Source: Thermoplasmatota archaeon (GTDB lineage: Archaea; Thermoplasmatota; E2; DHVEG-1). From it: DNA of 64,000 bases. The DNA lies in NCBI GenBank assembly GCA_030619765.1, contig JAUXAU010000002.1, positions 1,724 to 65,723 on the forward strand. Direction: 5' to 3'. Below, piece after piece: positions 18,140-28,116 of the stretch. The position numbers and the translations under genes are program-made. A model generated the notes under the pieces. That model saw only the letters and a list, made by a program, of their open reading frames with translations, ran no database searches and was not told the DNA's origin. Position 1 is the first letter of the stretch; each line of letters starts with the position of its first letter.

Positions 18140-19281
18140 TTATGCTGAGTTCCTATTATAATATCTCGCTTATTGAGTTCATCAAAGAAAGGCGTACAAG
18201 GAACAATCTCTTCCGGGCAAAAAACACCACGTTCTTTGATTACACCGCGTTCAATCATCTGAGCAATAATTGAAACAGGATATCCAGTTGTACGCATCAT
18301 CGCAGTGATATCTTTCTCCTCATCGTAGTAATCTATCATTGTATATTCTAAACAAATTTTTTCACGATCTTTCATTCCCTCACTTGAAACCTTGAGCAAT
18401 ACCACATCCTTCTCATTACAAGGTAGATTATTCATAAGAATCGTAGCTAATAAATCTCTTGGAACAACTAGTTGTTTACCAATTTTAATTTCTCTTTCTT
18501 CCATAAGTCCAAGGTCTAGAAAGGTTTTAAACTTTTCACAATGACCAGGATAGCGAATTGTTTTATAATCCAAGTAATCTATTTTATTCTTGTATGTATA
18601 AGGGAGAGTGGAGCAACCACCTGAAGTTAAGAAAGCCTCCATTTCTCCGAAAGGTTTAGGAAACATTATTTTTTCAAGATCTATCATGGGCTTTTTTTTA
18701 ATAATTCTTCCATGATCAAGAACTATTGCGTCTTCGACATACTCATTGATAAGACCATATGGTGAGAACACAATCTGATAATTAAGGGGAGGTCTTGGAT
18801 GGATAGGTAGTCCTCCGACTCTTATCTTTACAAAATCAATATAATCCATTTGTTCAACAATATCTCTGGTGATAACTGATGTTAAACCAGGTGCAAGACC
18901 ACAGTCTGGGATTACAACGACATCCTGTTTTCTAGCGTTTTCAGAAAGACTTCGTTCTCTTTTTACAATGTCGTTGTTTCCCCCAAGATCAATAAAATGG
19001 GTTTTTGTCTCTATTGCTATTTTTGCTAAAATATAGTTGAACTTGTAAGGAACTGCAGAGATTGCTACATCATAGTTTTGGAAATTTTTCTTTACATCAT
19101 TTGTTTTTTCTATATCTAAAATATGAAAATCTATCTCTTCTCTTTCTAGAAATTTTTTAGCGGATTGTATTGTTTTTTTATCTTTGTCTGCAATGGCGAT
19201 ATTGTCGAAATTTGAATGTTTGCATAGGTCATATGCGATTGCCCGCCCCATCATCCCAGAGCCAAGAACGAGAATTTTCAT
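18127..19281 (-). CDS. saccharopine dehydrogenase-family NAD(P) oxidoreductase
   Basis: MKILVLGSGMMGRAIAYDL Rossmann N-terminus and family-like length (384 aa). Overlaps taw3 by 13 nt. Confidence 0.6.
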   Translation of the reverse strand: MKILVLGSGMMGRAIAYDLCKHSNFDNIAIADKDKKTIQSAKKFLEREEIDFHILDIEKTNDVKKNFQNYDVAISAVPYKFNYILAKIAIETKTHFIDLGGNNDIVKRERSLSENARKQDVVVIPDCGLAPGLTSVITRDIVEQMDYIDFVKIRVGGLPIHPRPPLNYQIVFSPYGLINEYVEDAIVLDHGRIIKKKPMIDLEKIMFPKPFGEMEAFLTSGGCSTLPYTYKNKIDYLDYKTIRYPGHCEKFKTFLDLGLMEEREIKIGKQLVVPRDLLATILMNNLPCNEKDVVLLKVSSEGMKDREKICLEYTMIDYYDEEKDITAMMRTTGYPVSIIAQMIERGVIKERGVFCPEEIVPCTPFFDELNKRDIIIGTQHKCLK

Positions 19282-19411
19282 GGTATCCTTCTGCCAATTA
19301 ATATTTTTTGGAATGTTGGATACCGTTTAAAACCGTTTCTCTAAGATATTATATAATCATTAATTATTAATCATTAATATTATTTCGTGCTGCTAGCAAA
19401 GGAGACCAATT

Positions 19412-19810
19412 ATGACTAAAGAATTATGGGATAGTAGGATAGAGGCAATGCCTCTTGGTGAATTGAGAGAATTGCAGTTGAAGAGATTAAAAAAACTATT
19501 TAGTTTAAACCATGAAGACGAAGAAAGGGACCATTGGCCTTGGATTAGAAACATTTTCTTACTTACTGTGATCATCACCCCGCTGGTCATAACTGTGTTT
19601 TTTAGCTTACTTTTTGTCCTAAATGCCATTCCAACTGGATGGTTTGCTGTAATAGCTATAAATTCATTTCTTCCAATTACAAGTACTAATATGCTTCTCG
19701 TTTCCTATGGAATTGATAAAAAAACAACTATTCTAGCAGTAACTTGGACCACCATAGTTTGCGTACCTCTCTTTGTATTGTCTATTTTCGCTTTTTCGAT
19801 GTATTTGTGA
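19412..19810 (+). CDS. chimeric ORF: PaaK-like N-terminal about 32 aa fused to an AEC-transporter-like C-terminal membrane segment (possible gene relic)
   Basis: MTKELWDSRIEAMPLGELRELQLKRLKKL resembles phenylacetate-CoA ligase N-termini. The rest (SFLPITSTNMLLVSYGIDKKTTILAVTWTTIVCVPLFVLSIF) resembles the last helices of auxin-efflux-carrier-type permeases. Confidence 0.3.
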   Translation: MTKELWDSRIEAMPLGELRELQLKRLKKLFSLNHEDEERDHWPWIRNIFLLTVIITPLVITVFFSLLFVLNAIPTGWFAVIAINSFLPITSTNMLLVSYGIDKKTTILAVTWTTIVCVPLFVLSIFAFSMYL

Positions 19811-19972
19811 TTTGTGTGGAGAGATTGTAGCCCATCGTAAAAGTCTATATGCTCCGAAAATTCGATTTAGAGAAGATATTTAGGAACTGGCTATTTTGCT
19901 AGGATGAGATAAGAAAAATTTAAATTCTGGTATACCATCTTAAACAAAACTTAAGATAAGGAGATAACAATT

Positions 19973-20524
19973 ATGTTATATAAAAAATATTTTGCCCCAA
20001 TGATAATAACAATCATAATAGGATGTATTTTTATAAGCGGTTGTTTGGATATAATGAATGGAGGTGATCAAACAAATGCGTTTATTACCTATGAGAATGC
20101 AAAATACGGAGTAGTCATAAAATATCCAGATACGTGGGCTAAACTAGAAAATCCTACAAAGGATGTTTTTATTGTTTTTATGCCTGATGAAGATGATGTT
20201 TTACGGGGAGTGTTTAATGTATCTATTTTGACAGATGATTCATTAGATATGGAGTTATTTAAGAAAACGCATATTGACTCTTTGTATGATATGTTTACAG
20301 ATTTAAATATGTCCTATGAAAATTCAACAACTCTAGCTGGCAAAGAGGCATATACAGTACTTTTTACGTTTAGAGATGGTGGACATACGTTTAAACGCCT
20401 TGAGACATGGACGTTAGAGAATGGTAAAGCGTATCTGTTGGTATATCAGGCAGATATAACTTATTATGATGAATATATTAGTATTGTTGAAAAGATGGTT
20501 GATTACTTTGAGATAACACAGTAA
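19973..20524 (+). CDS. predicted lipoprotein, unknown function
   Basis: Signal with lipobox FISGC. No motif recognised. Confidence 0.45.
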   Translation: MLYKKYFAPMIITIIIGCIFISGCLDIMNGGDQTNAFITYENAKYGVVIKYPDTWAKLENPTKDVFIVFMPDEDDVLRGVFNVSILTDDSLDMELFKKTHIDSLYDMFTDLNMSYENSTTLAGKEAYTVLFTFRDGGHTFKRLETWTLENGKAYLLVYQADITYYDEYISIVEKMVDYFEITQ

Positions 20525-20749
20525 TTAAAAGATTTTAGGAATTGGGATAGTAAAAGTAGTAACAGCGAATTTGATAATATTTTTTGATATATATTAAAAG
20601 AGGGAAGAGTAAAATTGGAGAAATGTGCCACATATTTTGTAGTGATAAAAGCCCTCTAGGTTTAAAGAGAAACTAGGGTGTAAGCAATCACATTTATATA
20701 TTATAATTACATATAGTAATATAATAAATTATAAATTTGGGGGATAAAA

Positions 20750-21547
20750 ATGATAAATAAGAATTTACAAAAAAAAGGCCTAGTTTTTGTAACAATTGCT
20801 TTGTTTTTTGGAATAAGTGCCATTCCAGCAGCTGGGAATATCGAAACGGAAAATTTTCCATACGCAGAAGATTCCTCATCGGGTTTTCAAATGACATTGA
20901 ACGTTGATCCATACCCTGTTTTAGAGGGGACCCTAGGTGAAAATGATTGGTATATAAGTTCTGTTTGGATAGGTTTTGTGTATGACCCTCACGAAGTGGC
21001 AGAAATTTATTACGCCATTGATGGAGGAAATTGGGTGCTGTATCCCGGGGATCCAGTCGAAGTCTCAGATGATGGAATGCATATGTTAGAATGGTACTGG
21101 GTCGATGAAGATGGAAAACAGTATACGGGAACGCCAAGGTTTTTCAGGATAGATAAAACTGCACCTACTATTGTCCTTAAGAAATTTAATGTTCCTTTAA
21201 ATAAAGATAAGCTTAGATTTGAAGCTGATGTTAGCGATGCTGCTAGTGGTGTAGAGAGAGTGGAGTTCTATTTAGACGATGTGCTTCAGGAGACTTTAAT
21301 GAGTCCGCTTTATGAATGGGAATATGAAAAAACTGATGAGGATGAACATTTTGTTTTTGCTATTGTTTACAATAACGCAGGGCTTTCAGAAAAGAGCGAG
21401 ACGCTTAGTACACCTCTTATCTCATCCTATGACGCCATGATCTTCAGCAAATTTATTCTGAGAATACAAAGCATGGTCGTGTGGAATCAAAACGTTTTAA
21501 AATTAATCTTCTATCTTTTTTCTTCTATGATGATTCATGAGAAATGA
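20750..21547 (+). CDS. secreted protein with the surface-protein modules also found at the C-terminus of the 21922 gene
   Basis: Signal peptide after a GGGGGA RBS. GENDWYISSV...IYYAIDGGNW...DDGMHMLEWYWVDEDG...IDKTAPTI and GVERVEFYLDD parallel GENGWYVSDV...IEYRVNGGSW...DGEHTVQYKAIDNVGN...IDQTVPIV and MDYVEFLLND. Confidence 0.55.
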   Translation: MINKNLQKKGLVFVTIALFFGISAIPAAGNIETENFPYAEDSSSGFQMTLNVDPYPVLEGTLGENDWYISSVWIGFVYDPHEVAEIYYAIDGGNWVLYPGDPVEVSDDGMHMLEWYWVDEDGKQYTGTPRFFRIDKTAPTIVLKKFNVPLNKDKLRFEADVSDAASGVERVEFYLDDVLQETLMSPLYEWEYEKTDEDEHFVFAIVYNNAGLSEKSETLSTPLISSYDAMIFSKFILRIQSMVVWNQNVLKLIFYLFSSMMIHEK

Positions 21548-21921
21548 TGGGAGAGATTAATTCTTCTTCATGATTCTCTTTCAACAATTATGTACATGAT
21601 GTAGGAAAATAACTGTGTGAGAATGATATTTCTATTCGTCTAGATTATTAATATCTTTGATTTAACAGTTTCTATATGTTTGATACATATCTATATATAT
21701 CTAATTATATCTAACATATATCTAATTAATTTTAACTTTCATAATTTTGACTGTGTTACTAATATATTAAACACTGTTACGTAATGTCTACTCCTATTAA
21801 ATCCCTTTTTTTACATTATTTCTTTAAATACTCTGCATAATTCTATATTTCAGCCGAAATATTTATAAATGAACACACAATATATTAAACCATACCGTTG
21901 AAAAACGGGGAGGAACAAAAA

Positions 21922-24900
21922 ATGAAGAAACAAAAGTTTTTATCTAGAAGAAAGCTGGTGAAGACAACGACTATTACTATGGCGTTACTTATTGCCGCTA
22001 CTCTTATTTCTGGTAGTGCAGTATCAGTAACAATGGTCGGTAATACAACGAATTTGAACGTAAAAAATACTAGCCCTCTTACAGAGTTTTCAGTGGCAAC
22101 CGAATGGTTGACAGCTGCAGAGTCAGCAACAAGTCAAGCCATGCAACCATTGCCTCTATCAATGTTAGACTGGTTACACTACGATGATGGTACCTGTGAG
22201 AACGCTCTTGGTTTAACGGCCGGGGGAGAACTAACTGAGGCTATAAGGTTAACACCGACCGAGCTTGCCGGATATGATGGCTTCGAGATTCAAAAGGTAA
22301 AAGTCATGCATGGTTGGCCAACTGGTACACCACAACCTGCTCATGATGGTTTTGTACGTATATGGGAAGCAGGCACAACAACAGAGCCTGGAGCACTTGC
22401 AAAAGAGCAAGCATTTTCCGCACCTGCAGGCAACGATTGGGTTGAGATAGACTTAGTGGATCCATACACAGTTGACGAGACCCAGGACGTTTGGGTTGGT
22501 GTAGCTTGGACTCATGGTGCCGGTGATTTTCCGTGTGGTTTTGATACAGACACCGTTACTGTTGACAAGGGTGGATTCCTTGTGTACCCTGGAGCTGCCT
22601 GGACGCAACTTAGCGCTATTGGTTATCCCGGAAACTGGAACCTTTGGGCCGGTTTGGAACCAGGAGGACCTGGCGGTGAGCATGATGTAGGTGTCCAAAG
22701 CATCAATGAGCCATCAAGTGGTCCTGCAGGAGTAATTACACCTGAAGTTACCGTAAAGAACTTTGGTAATAATTCAGAGACAACTGATGTGCAACTCATG
22801 ATTGGACAATTTGCACCTCCAGTTATTGTATGGTCATATGGTTTCGAAGATTGGACTGTTGAAGGCTTTACACACCCAGGATGGACAAATGAGAGATTAG
22901 TTGGAACAGATCCTGATTGCTATTGGCAAGGACATGACTCTGTACACTACATATATCCAGATGCTGACCCATATGAAGGAAGTGTTTGTGCACTTGTTGA
23001 CACCGGTATGATAACCAATTATGGAGAAACTAGAGCTTATATGAATACTCCATTTGACTTCTCAAGCTATGGAGCTGACGCGCTCGTATTAAGTGGTATG
23101 TTCCATAAGAGAGCGTATGGTGGAACGGCCCAAGCCGGAGAGATTCAAGTTCAGGTTTCACTAGATGGTAGCACTTGGACCACTGCAGGAACCATAGACA
23201 TGTATGATGCAGCTTATACCAATGGATTATGGCAAGAAGACTCAGTTGATTTGTCAGCCTATAAGGATGAGACCGCTGTTTACCTCGGATTTCTTGGAGT
23301 AGATGGAGGATACAGTGACATCTTAATGGATGATCTGAAATTAGGTACAGTTTCATTTGTAAGCGAATATGACCAGACTGTAACAGGTGTGACTGTTGGT
23401 GTTGGAGCAACCGTAGATGTAACGTTCCCAGACTGGACACCAGATGACTGGCAGGTATCAGAAAATGTTGATATCACCTACGAGGTTATAGCAACTACAT
23501 TACTTGCTGATGATGACCCAGGAAATGATCAAAAGACCAAATCAGTCACATTGAATTATCCTTACTTACATGACATAGCAGTTTTAAGTATTAACGATCC
23601 AACAAGTGGACCTGCTCAAACATTACCGGTAGAGGTAATCATCAAGAATGTCGGTCAATTCGATGAATGCTGTTACAAAACGAATGTACAGATAGGAGCG
23701 TTTGATTATGTTATAACCGGATTCTTCAGTGACTTTGAAGCAGATGACGGTGGATTAACTGTATCCGGCGGAGTCTGGGATTGGGGTGAACCAACCTCTG
23801 GACCAATGGGTGCATATTCAGGTACTAAACTCTGGGCAACCGTCCTTGGCGGGAACTACCCCACATATGCGAATTGTCAACTCGTAACCACTTCCATACC
23901 TGTTCCGGTTGATGGGGATCTCACCTTCTGGCATTGGTACGACATCGAAGCTTCTTATGATGGTGGTAACGTCAAGATATCCACAAACGGTGGAACATCC
24001 TGGACAGTGATTACCCCAATTGGCGGCTACACAGGTACCGCAAACAGCGCAAACCCACTGTACCCGGAACCCATATTCTGTGGACATGTTCAGGGGTACT
24101 GGGAAGAAGAAACCTTTGACCTTGTAGCCTATGAAGGCATGTCGGTTATGTTCCGGTTCGATTTCGGATCAGATGGTTCTGTCCAATATCCAGGATGGTA
24201 TATTGATGATGTCCTCGTTGGCGAAGTAACAGTTACCGTTATATCAGAATACGATGAAGATATATGTACAATCTTACTTGATCCTGGAGAAGAGGCAACA
24301 CTTACCTTCCCAGACTGGACACCAGATGCTCTAGCATTAGGAATTTCTGGTGGGATAAATTACGGCATAATAGCAGAACAACAACTGTCAGGTGATACAA
24401 ACCCAGCAAACGACCAAGTATCAGAAGGCATAACACTGGACTATTGGCATGATGTCAAGGTTGAAGATATAACATCACCTGCTGGAGATAACCGTGCTAT
24501 TTGGGATCTACAGTTCGAATTTGATGTAGCTGGAGCTAGCGGAGCTGCTGGTAATACTGGTGTTGAATGGGATGGAGATTATTTCTATTCCTGTCGATGG
24601 GCAAGTAACCTAATGCATCAATATACCGACACTGGTGCCATGCTTAAGGAGTTCTCTATACCTGGTGTTAGCGGTAGTCGTGATTTTGCATATAACGATG
24701 ATGACGGCTATATGTACAGTGGTGCAGCGGGAACTACGGTATGGGAATATGATGTTATTAGTGAAACGCTAATTAACAGTTATTCCTGGCCGGTTGCAGT
24801 TAGAGCTCTTGCATACGATGATATCGAGGATGCATTTTGGTGTAACAACTGGGGTAACGATATCACACTAGTAGATACATCTGGTACTATACTTTACACG

Positions 24901-26136
24901 ATACCTAACACGATAAGCCTCTACAGCTTGGCATTTGACAATGAATGCGGTGATCCAACCCTGTGGTTGTTCTCAGGAACCAGTGGCGGCCTCGGCTGTC
25001 AGGTTGAACAATATGTCGATATTTATACTGGAGGAACACTTGGCCCAGAAACACATACCGTAGGAGCCCCTGGCGATCTAATAGCTGGTGGTTCAGGTTA
25101 TACCGATAGCTTTGTCGATGGTTTCTCAACTCTTATGGTTCTAGGACAGGGTGACGGAGGCCTTCCGGATACAATACGCTGTTACGAGATTTGCGTAACA
25201 GGACCACCAGGAGCACCAACACCAGATATATTCATCTTACCAGGAACCCAATCGATTGAAGCACTCGTGGAAAACGCTGGTGTATTCGTAGAAGCTGGTA
25301 TGAATGTAAACGCTGAAATCTACGAGTATATCACTAATACAACTTCTGGAACTTTAGTCTACGATGAAGATTACACTACTGGAACTATTGACCCGTTAGG
25401 TGGTCAAGAAACAGCTACGTTCCCAGATTACACATTCGATAACATAGCTGGAGTCTACCTTCTTACCATCACCGTAACACTACCGGCTGATGACATGCCG
25501 AACAACAACATAATGGAGTTGGGAATAGGGGTAGACAATGTAGCACCAAACTCACAACATACAATTGACCCAGCAACTCCAGACGGTGAAAACGGATGGT
25601 ATGTCAGCGATGTAACACTTGATTTCACGGCAAATGACGGCACTGAGGTTTGGCAATCCGGCCTAGATCATATCGAATACAGAGTTAATGGTGGCTCATG
25701 GCAAACCGGTATTTCTGTTACAGTAACAACAGATGGAGAACACACTGTCCAATACAAAGCAATCGACAACGTTGGAAACGAGGAATCAGCAAACTCAGTT
25801 GATTTCAAGATAGATCAGACAGTACCTATTGTAGACCTGCAGTGGGAAAGTCCAGATAATGTCCACGTAGATTTCACAGCAGTTTGCAGTGACGCCACAA
25901 GCGATATGGATTACGTAGAGTTCTTACTAAACGATGGTTTGATGTTCACCGATAACGCAGCGCCATTCGAATGGAGTATCGTGTGGACACCGTCCTTAAA
26001 AACCGCAATATTCAAATCTATAGCATACGACATGGCTGGAAACAACGCTTTCGATACCGAAACAGGCATTGAAGCATATCCAGTTCCGCATTCAACGCCA
26101 AATCCAGTAGTACGACAAACCAACCCTCTATTATAA
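21922..26136 (+). CDS. giant (about 1400 aa) secreted adhesin-like protein with a duplicated about 295-aa super-repeat
   Basis: ATG at 21922 follows a GGGGAGG RBS (the track ORF starts at TTG 21898). N-terminus MKKQKFLSRRKLVKTTTITMALLIAATLISGSA. MAM/jelly-roll-like blocks (GVWDWGEPTSGP...NVKISTNGGTSW...GWYIDDV). Contains FPDWTPD modules. Confidence 0.75.
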   Translation: MKKQKFLSRRKLVKTTTITMALLIAATLISGSAVSVTMVGNTTNLNVKNTSPLTEFSVATEWLTAAESATSQAMQPLPLSMLDWLHYDDGTCENALGLTAGGELTEAIRLTPTELAGYDGFEIQKVKVMHGWPTGTPQPAHDGFVRIWEAGTTTEPGALAKEQAFSAPAGNDWVEIDLVDPYTVDETQDVWVGVAWTHGAGDFPCGFDTDTVTVDKGGFLVYPGAAWTQLSAIGYPGNWNLWAGLEPGGPGGEHDVGVQSINEPSSGPAGVITPEVTVKNFGNNSETTDVQLMIGQFAPPVIVWSYGFEDWTVEGFTHPGWTNERLVGTDPDCYWQGHDSVHYIYPDADPYEGSVCALVDTGMITNYGETRAYMNTPFDFSSYGADALVLSGMFHKRAYGGTAQAGEIQVQVSLDGSTWTTAGTIDMYDAAYTNGLWQEDSVDLSAYKDETAVYLGFLGVDGGYSDILMDDLKLGTVSFVSEYDQTVTGVTVGVGATVDVTFPDWTPDDWQVSENVDITYEVIATTLLADDDPGNDQKTKSVTLNYPYLHDIAVLSINDPTSGPAQTLPVEVIIKNVGQFDECCYKTNVQIGAFDYVITGFFSDFEADDGGLTVSGGVWDWGEPTSGPMGAYSGTKLWATVLGGNYPTYANCQLVTTSIPVPVDGDLTFWHWYDIEASYDGGNVKISTNGGTSWTVITPIGGYTGTANSANPLYPEPIFCGHVQGYWEEETFDLVAYEGMSVMFRFDFGSDGSVQYPGWYIDDVLVGEVTVTVISEYDEDICTILLDPGEEATLTFPDWTPDALALGISGGINYGIIAEQQLSGDTNPANDQVSEGITLDYWHDVKVEDITSPAGDNRAIWDLQFEFDVAGASGAAGNTGVEWDGDYFYSCRWASNLMHQYTDTGAMLKEFSIPGVSGSRDFAYNDDDGYMYSGAAGTTVWEYDVISETLINSYSWPVAVRALAYDDIEDAFWCNNWGNDITLVDTSGTILYTIPNTISLYSLAFDNECGDPTLWLFSGTSGGLGCQVEQYVDIYTGGTLGPETHTVGAPGDLIAGGSGYTDSFVDGFSTLMVLGQGDGGLPDTIRCYEICVTGPPGAPTPDIFILPGTQSIEALVENAGVFVEAGMNVNAEIYEYITNTTSGTLVYDEDYTTGTIDPLGGQETATFPDYTFDNIAGVYLLTITVTLPADDMPNNNIMELGIGVDNVAPNSQHTIDPATPDGENGWYVSDVTLDFTANDGTEVWQSGLDHIEYRVNGGSWQTGISVTVTTDGEHTVQYKAIDNVGNEESANSVDFKIDQTVPIVDLQWESPDNVHVDFTAVCSDATSDMDYVEFLLNDGLMFTDNAAPFEWSIVWTPSLKTAIFKSIAYDMAGNNAFDTETGIEAYPVPHSTPNPVVRQTNPLL

Positions 26137-26145
26137 AACACAGAA

Positions 26146-26163
26146 AAGGAGTTAACACTCCTT
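26146..26163 (+). terminator. hairpin plus T-rich tract downstream of the giant gene
   Basis: AAGGAGT-TAAC-ACTCCTT is a perfect 7-bp stem. It is followed by CTCTCTTTTTATTTTTTT. Confidence 0.5.
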
Positions 26164-26424
26164 CTCTCTTTTTATTTTTTTAGTAATTTTTGACAACCTC
26201 TTTTTAACAACAACGTATTGATTAGAATCATTGGACATTTATTTTAAAAACCATCCTCTATTAATTAGAACAATCTGATAACCATATTACGAATCATACT
26301 ATAAGATCAGCACATTATATCTGAATCTAATGTCTAAGGGGCCGTAAAAGCCTACTAGGCAGCAATAACCCAGTGGCTAACGAAATATATATTAGTAAAA
26401 TAGAAACGCCGTATCCCTCTTCTT

Positions 26425-27177
26425 TTAAGGCTTCTTCAGTATCAACTCTGCCGCTTTTTTACCTGAAAGAAGCATACCACCAAAAATAGGACCCATACGT
26501 GGTGCGCCATATACTGCATTTGCTCCCATACCTGCAACAACAAGACCAGGATACACCTCTTTTGTGTTTTCAACAACGGTTTTTTCTCCCATTTCTGCAC
26601 ACATGGAGCGTTCTTTTTCTAGATCTCCACTAGGAGTATTAAGAAGTCCTACTTTTCTCCTGACAATATTGCAGATCTCAGCAGCATGACCAGTAGCGTC
26701 GATACAATACTTAGCGCGAATTGATATAGGGTCAACATGTAGCTTTGCAATTTCTACCGCACTCCAATTAATGACAAAACCGTTTACCTTTTTCCCTTTG
26801 AGAAGTACGTCTTCTACAGAGATCGTATTAAAAACTCTGGTGCCAGCATCAATTGCAGAAGAACATAGCTTTGTAATTGCCTCGATAGAATCAGCACTAT
26901 AGTATCCATTTCCCTCACCCTTAACGTTAATTTGTGCCTCCTCCAAGATATATTTGGACCCCTCTTGAACAACAATTACCGGGAATGTCATACCTCCACC
27001 CCACATGCCACCTCCAATCGAAAGTTTTCTCTCAAACAAAACGACCTTCTTCCCTGCGTTAGATAAATATTTTGCAGCAGTTAAACCAGCAGGACCTCCA
27101 CCAGCAATAGCAACATCTACTTCAAAACAATCTTGAAATTCCTTAGAGAACCTGTCAAATATAATTCTTGTTACCAC
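26425..27177 (-). CDS. thi4: thiazole synthase Thi4 (archaeal, non-suicide type)
   Basis: DVAIAGGGPAGLTAAKYL...ERKLSIGGGMWGGGM. The active-site region reads DATGHAAE, without the Cys of the yeast suicide enzyme. Confidence 0.8.
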   Translation of the reverse strand: MVTRIIFDRFSKEFQDCFEVDVAIAGGGPAGLTAAKYLSNAGKKVVLFERKLSIGGGMWGGGMTFPVIVVQEGSKYILEEAQINVKGEGNGYYSADSIEAITKLCSSAIDAGTRVFNTISVEDVLLKGKKVNGFVINWSAVEIAKLHVDPISIRAKYCIDATGHAAEICNIVRRKVGLLNTPSGDLEKERSMCAEMGEKTVVENTKEVYPGLVVAGMGANAVYGAPRMGPIFGGMLLSGKKAAELILKKP

Positions 27178-27261
27178 AACATCGTCAATTCCTATAATAA
27201 CACCCCTTGTTGACCGATAATTACACTAGCATTATTAAAGATACCGCTAATAATTTATACT

Positions 27262-27729
27262 ATGTTTTCTTGTAAAAGTTTAGTGTTTGAGATTAGACAT
27301 GTTCAACCTGGGGATATTTTTTCTGTTATTAAAATTGCATATGAATCGTTACCAGAACGCTACAGTCCAGAGGTTTTTAATAGGTTTTATGAGTCATTTC
27401 CTGAAGGGTTTTTGGTAGTTGAAAAACTCCATAAAGTAGTGGGTTTTATTGTAGGTATAAAAACGAGTAATGAGATGGCAAGAATAACCATGCTCTCTAT
27501 CAATAAAAAGTATAGAAAACAAGGTATAGGATCTGCCTTGTTAACTCAATTTTTAAAAGAAATGTCTTTACAAAACATCAGACAAGTTGAACTTGAAGTA
27601 AGAATAAACAATGATGCTGCAATAAAATTCTATAAAAACCACGGATTTGATATAATAGATACTGTATCAAGCTTCTATCAAACTGGAGAAGACGCGTGTA
27701 TTATGAAACGAGTTTTACGGTCGCGTTAG
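27262..27729 (+). CDS. GNAT N-acetyltransferase (RimI/Ard1-like)
   Basis: SINKKYRKQGIGSALL (Q/RxxGxG/A acetyl-CoA motif) and FYKNHGF. Confidence 0.65.
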   Translation: MFSCKSLVFEIRHVQPGDIFSVIKIAYESLPERYSPEVFNRFYESFPEGFLVVEKLHKVVGFIVGIKTSNEMARITMLSINKKYRKQGIGSALLTQFLKEMSLQNIRQVELEVRINNDAAIKFYKNHGFDIIDTVSSFYQTGEDACIMKRVLRSR

Positions 27730-28089
27730 CTCTTTTTCTTTTTCTGTCATGAATCGTAGAGCCATCTGATCAAGACGATTAGCAATTTTTCCAAGTCCCA
27801 TATCCCCGTTGTTGCTTGAAATGATTCCTGCAATATCTTTACTTAGTGTGAATACAGCTAGTTTGTGCTCTCTTTTTGACTTGTGAATTTGATAAGGAGT
27901 AATGTCCAGTTTCTCATAATAAGTAGGTTCGAATCCATGGTTTTCACACATCTGCACCAACTGGGTTCTCATCTGGTATAAAAACGTGTGGAGTTGGATT
28001 AGCTCATCTTTCTGCATATTACAGGCCACCATTTTCAGAATAGTATATAGAGTTTTTATATTTTTTCTAAGTTTGTGAAGCTGTGTCAA
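27715..28089 (-). CDS. UPF0058-like small protein
   Basis: MQKDELIQLHTFLYQMRTQL...YQIHKSKREHKLAVFTL resembles the UPF0058 pattern as I recall it. Unverified. Confidence 0.4.
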   Translation of the reverse strand: MTQLHKLRKNIKTLYTILKMVACNMQKDELIQLHTFLYQMRTQLVQMCENHGFEPTYYEKLDITPYQIHKSKREHKLAVFTLSKDIAGIISSNNGDMGLGKIANRLDQMALRFMTEKEKELTRP

Positions 28090-28116
28090 TGCCAGATGAG
28101 TACAATTTAGGTAATA

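Noticed and set aside
27178-27261. TPP riboswitch upstream of thi4.
   Set aside because: The 84-nt leader contains neither the CUGAGA nor the ACCUGAUCUGGAUAAUGCCAGCG-type conserved segment.
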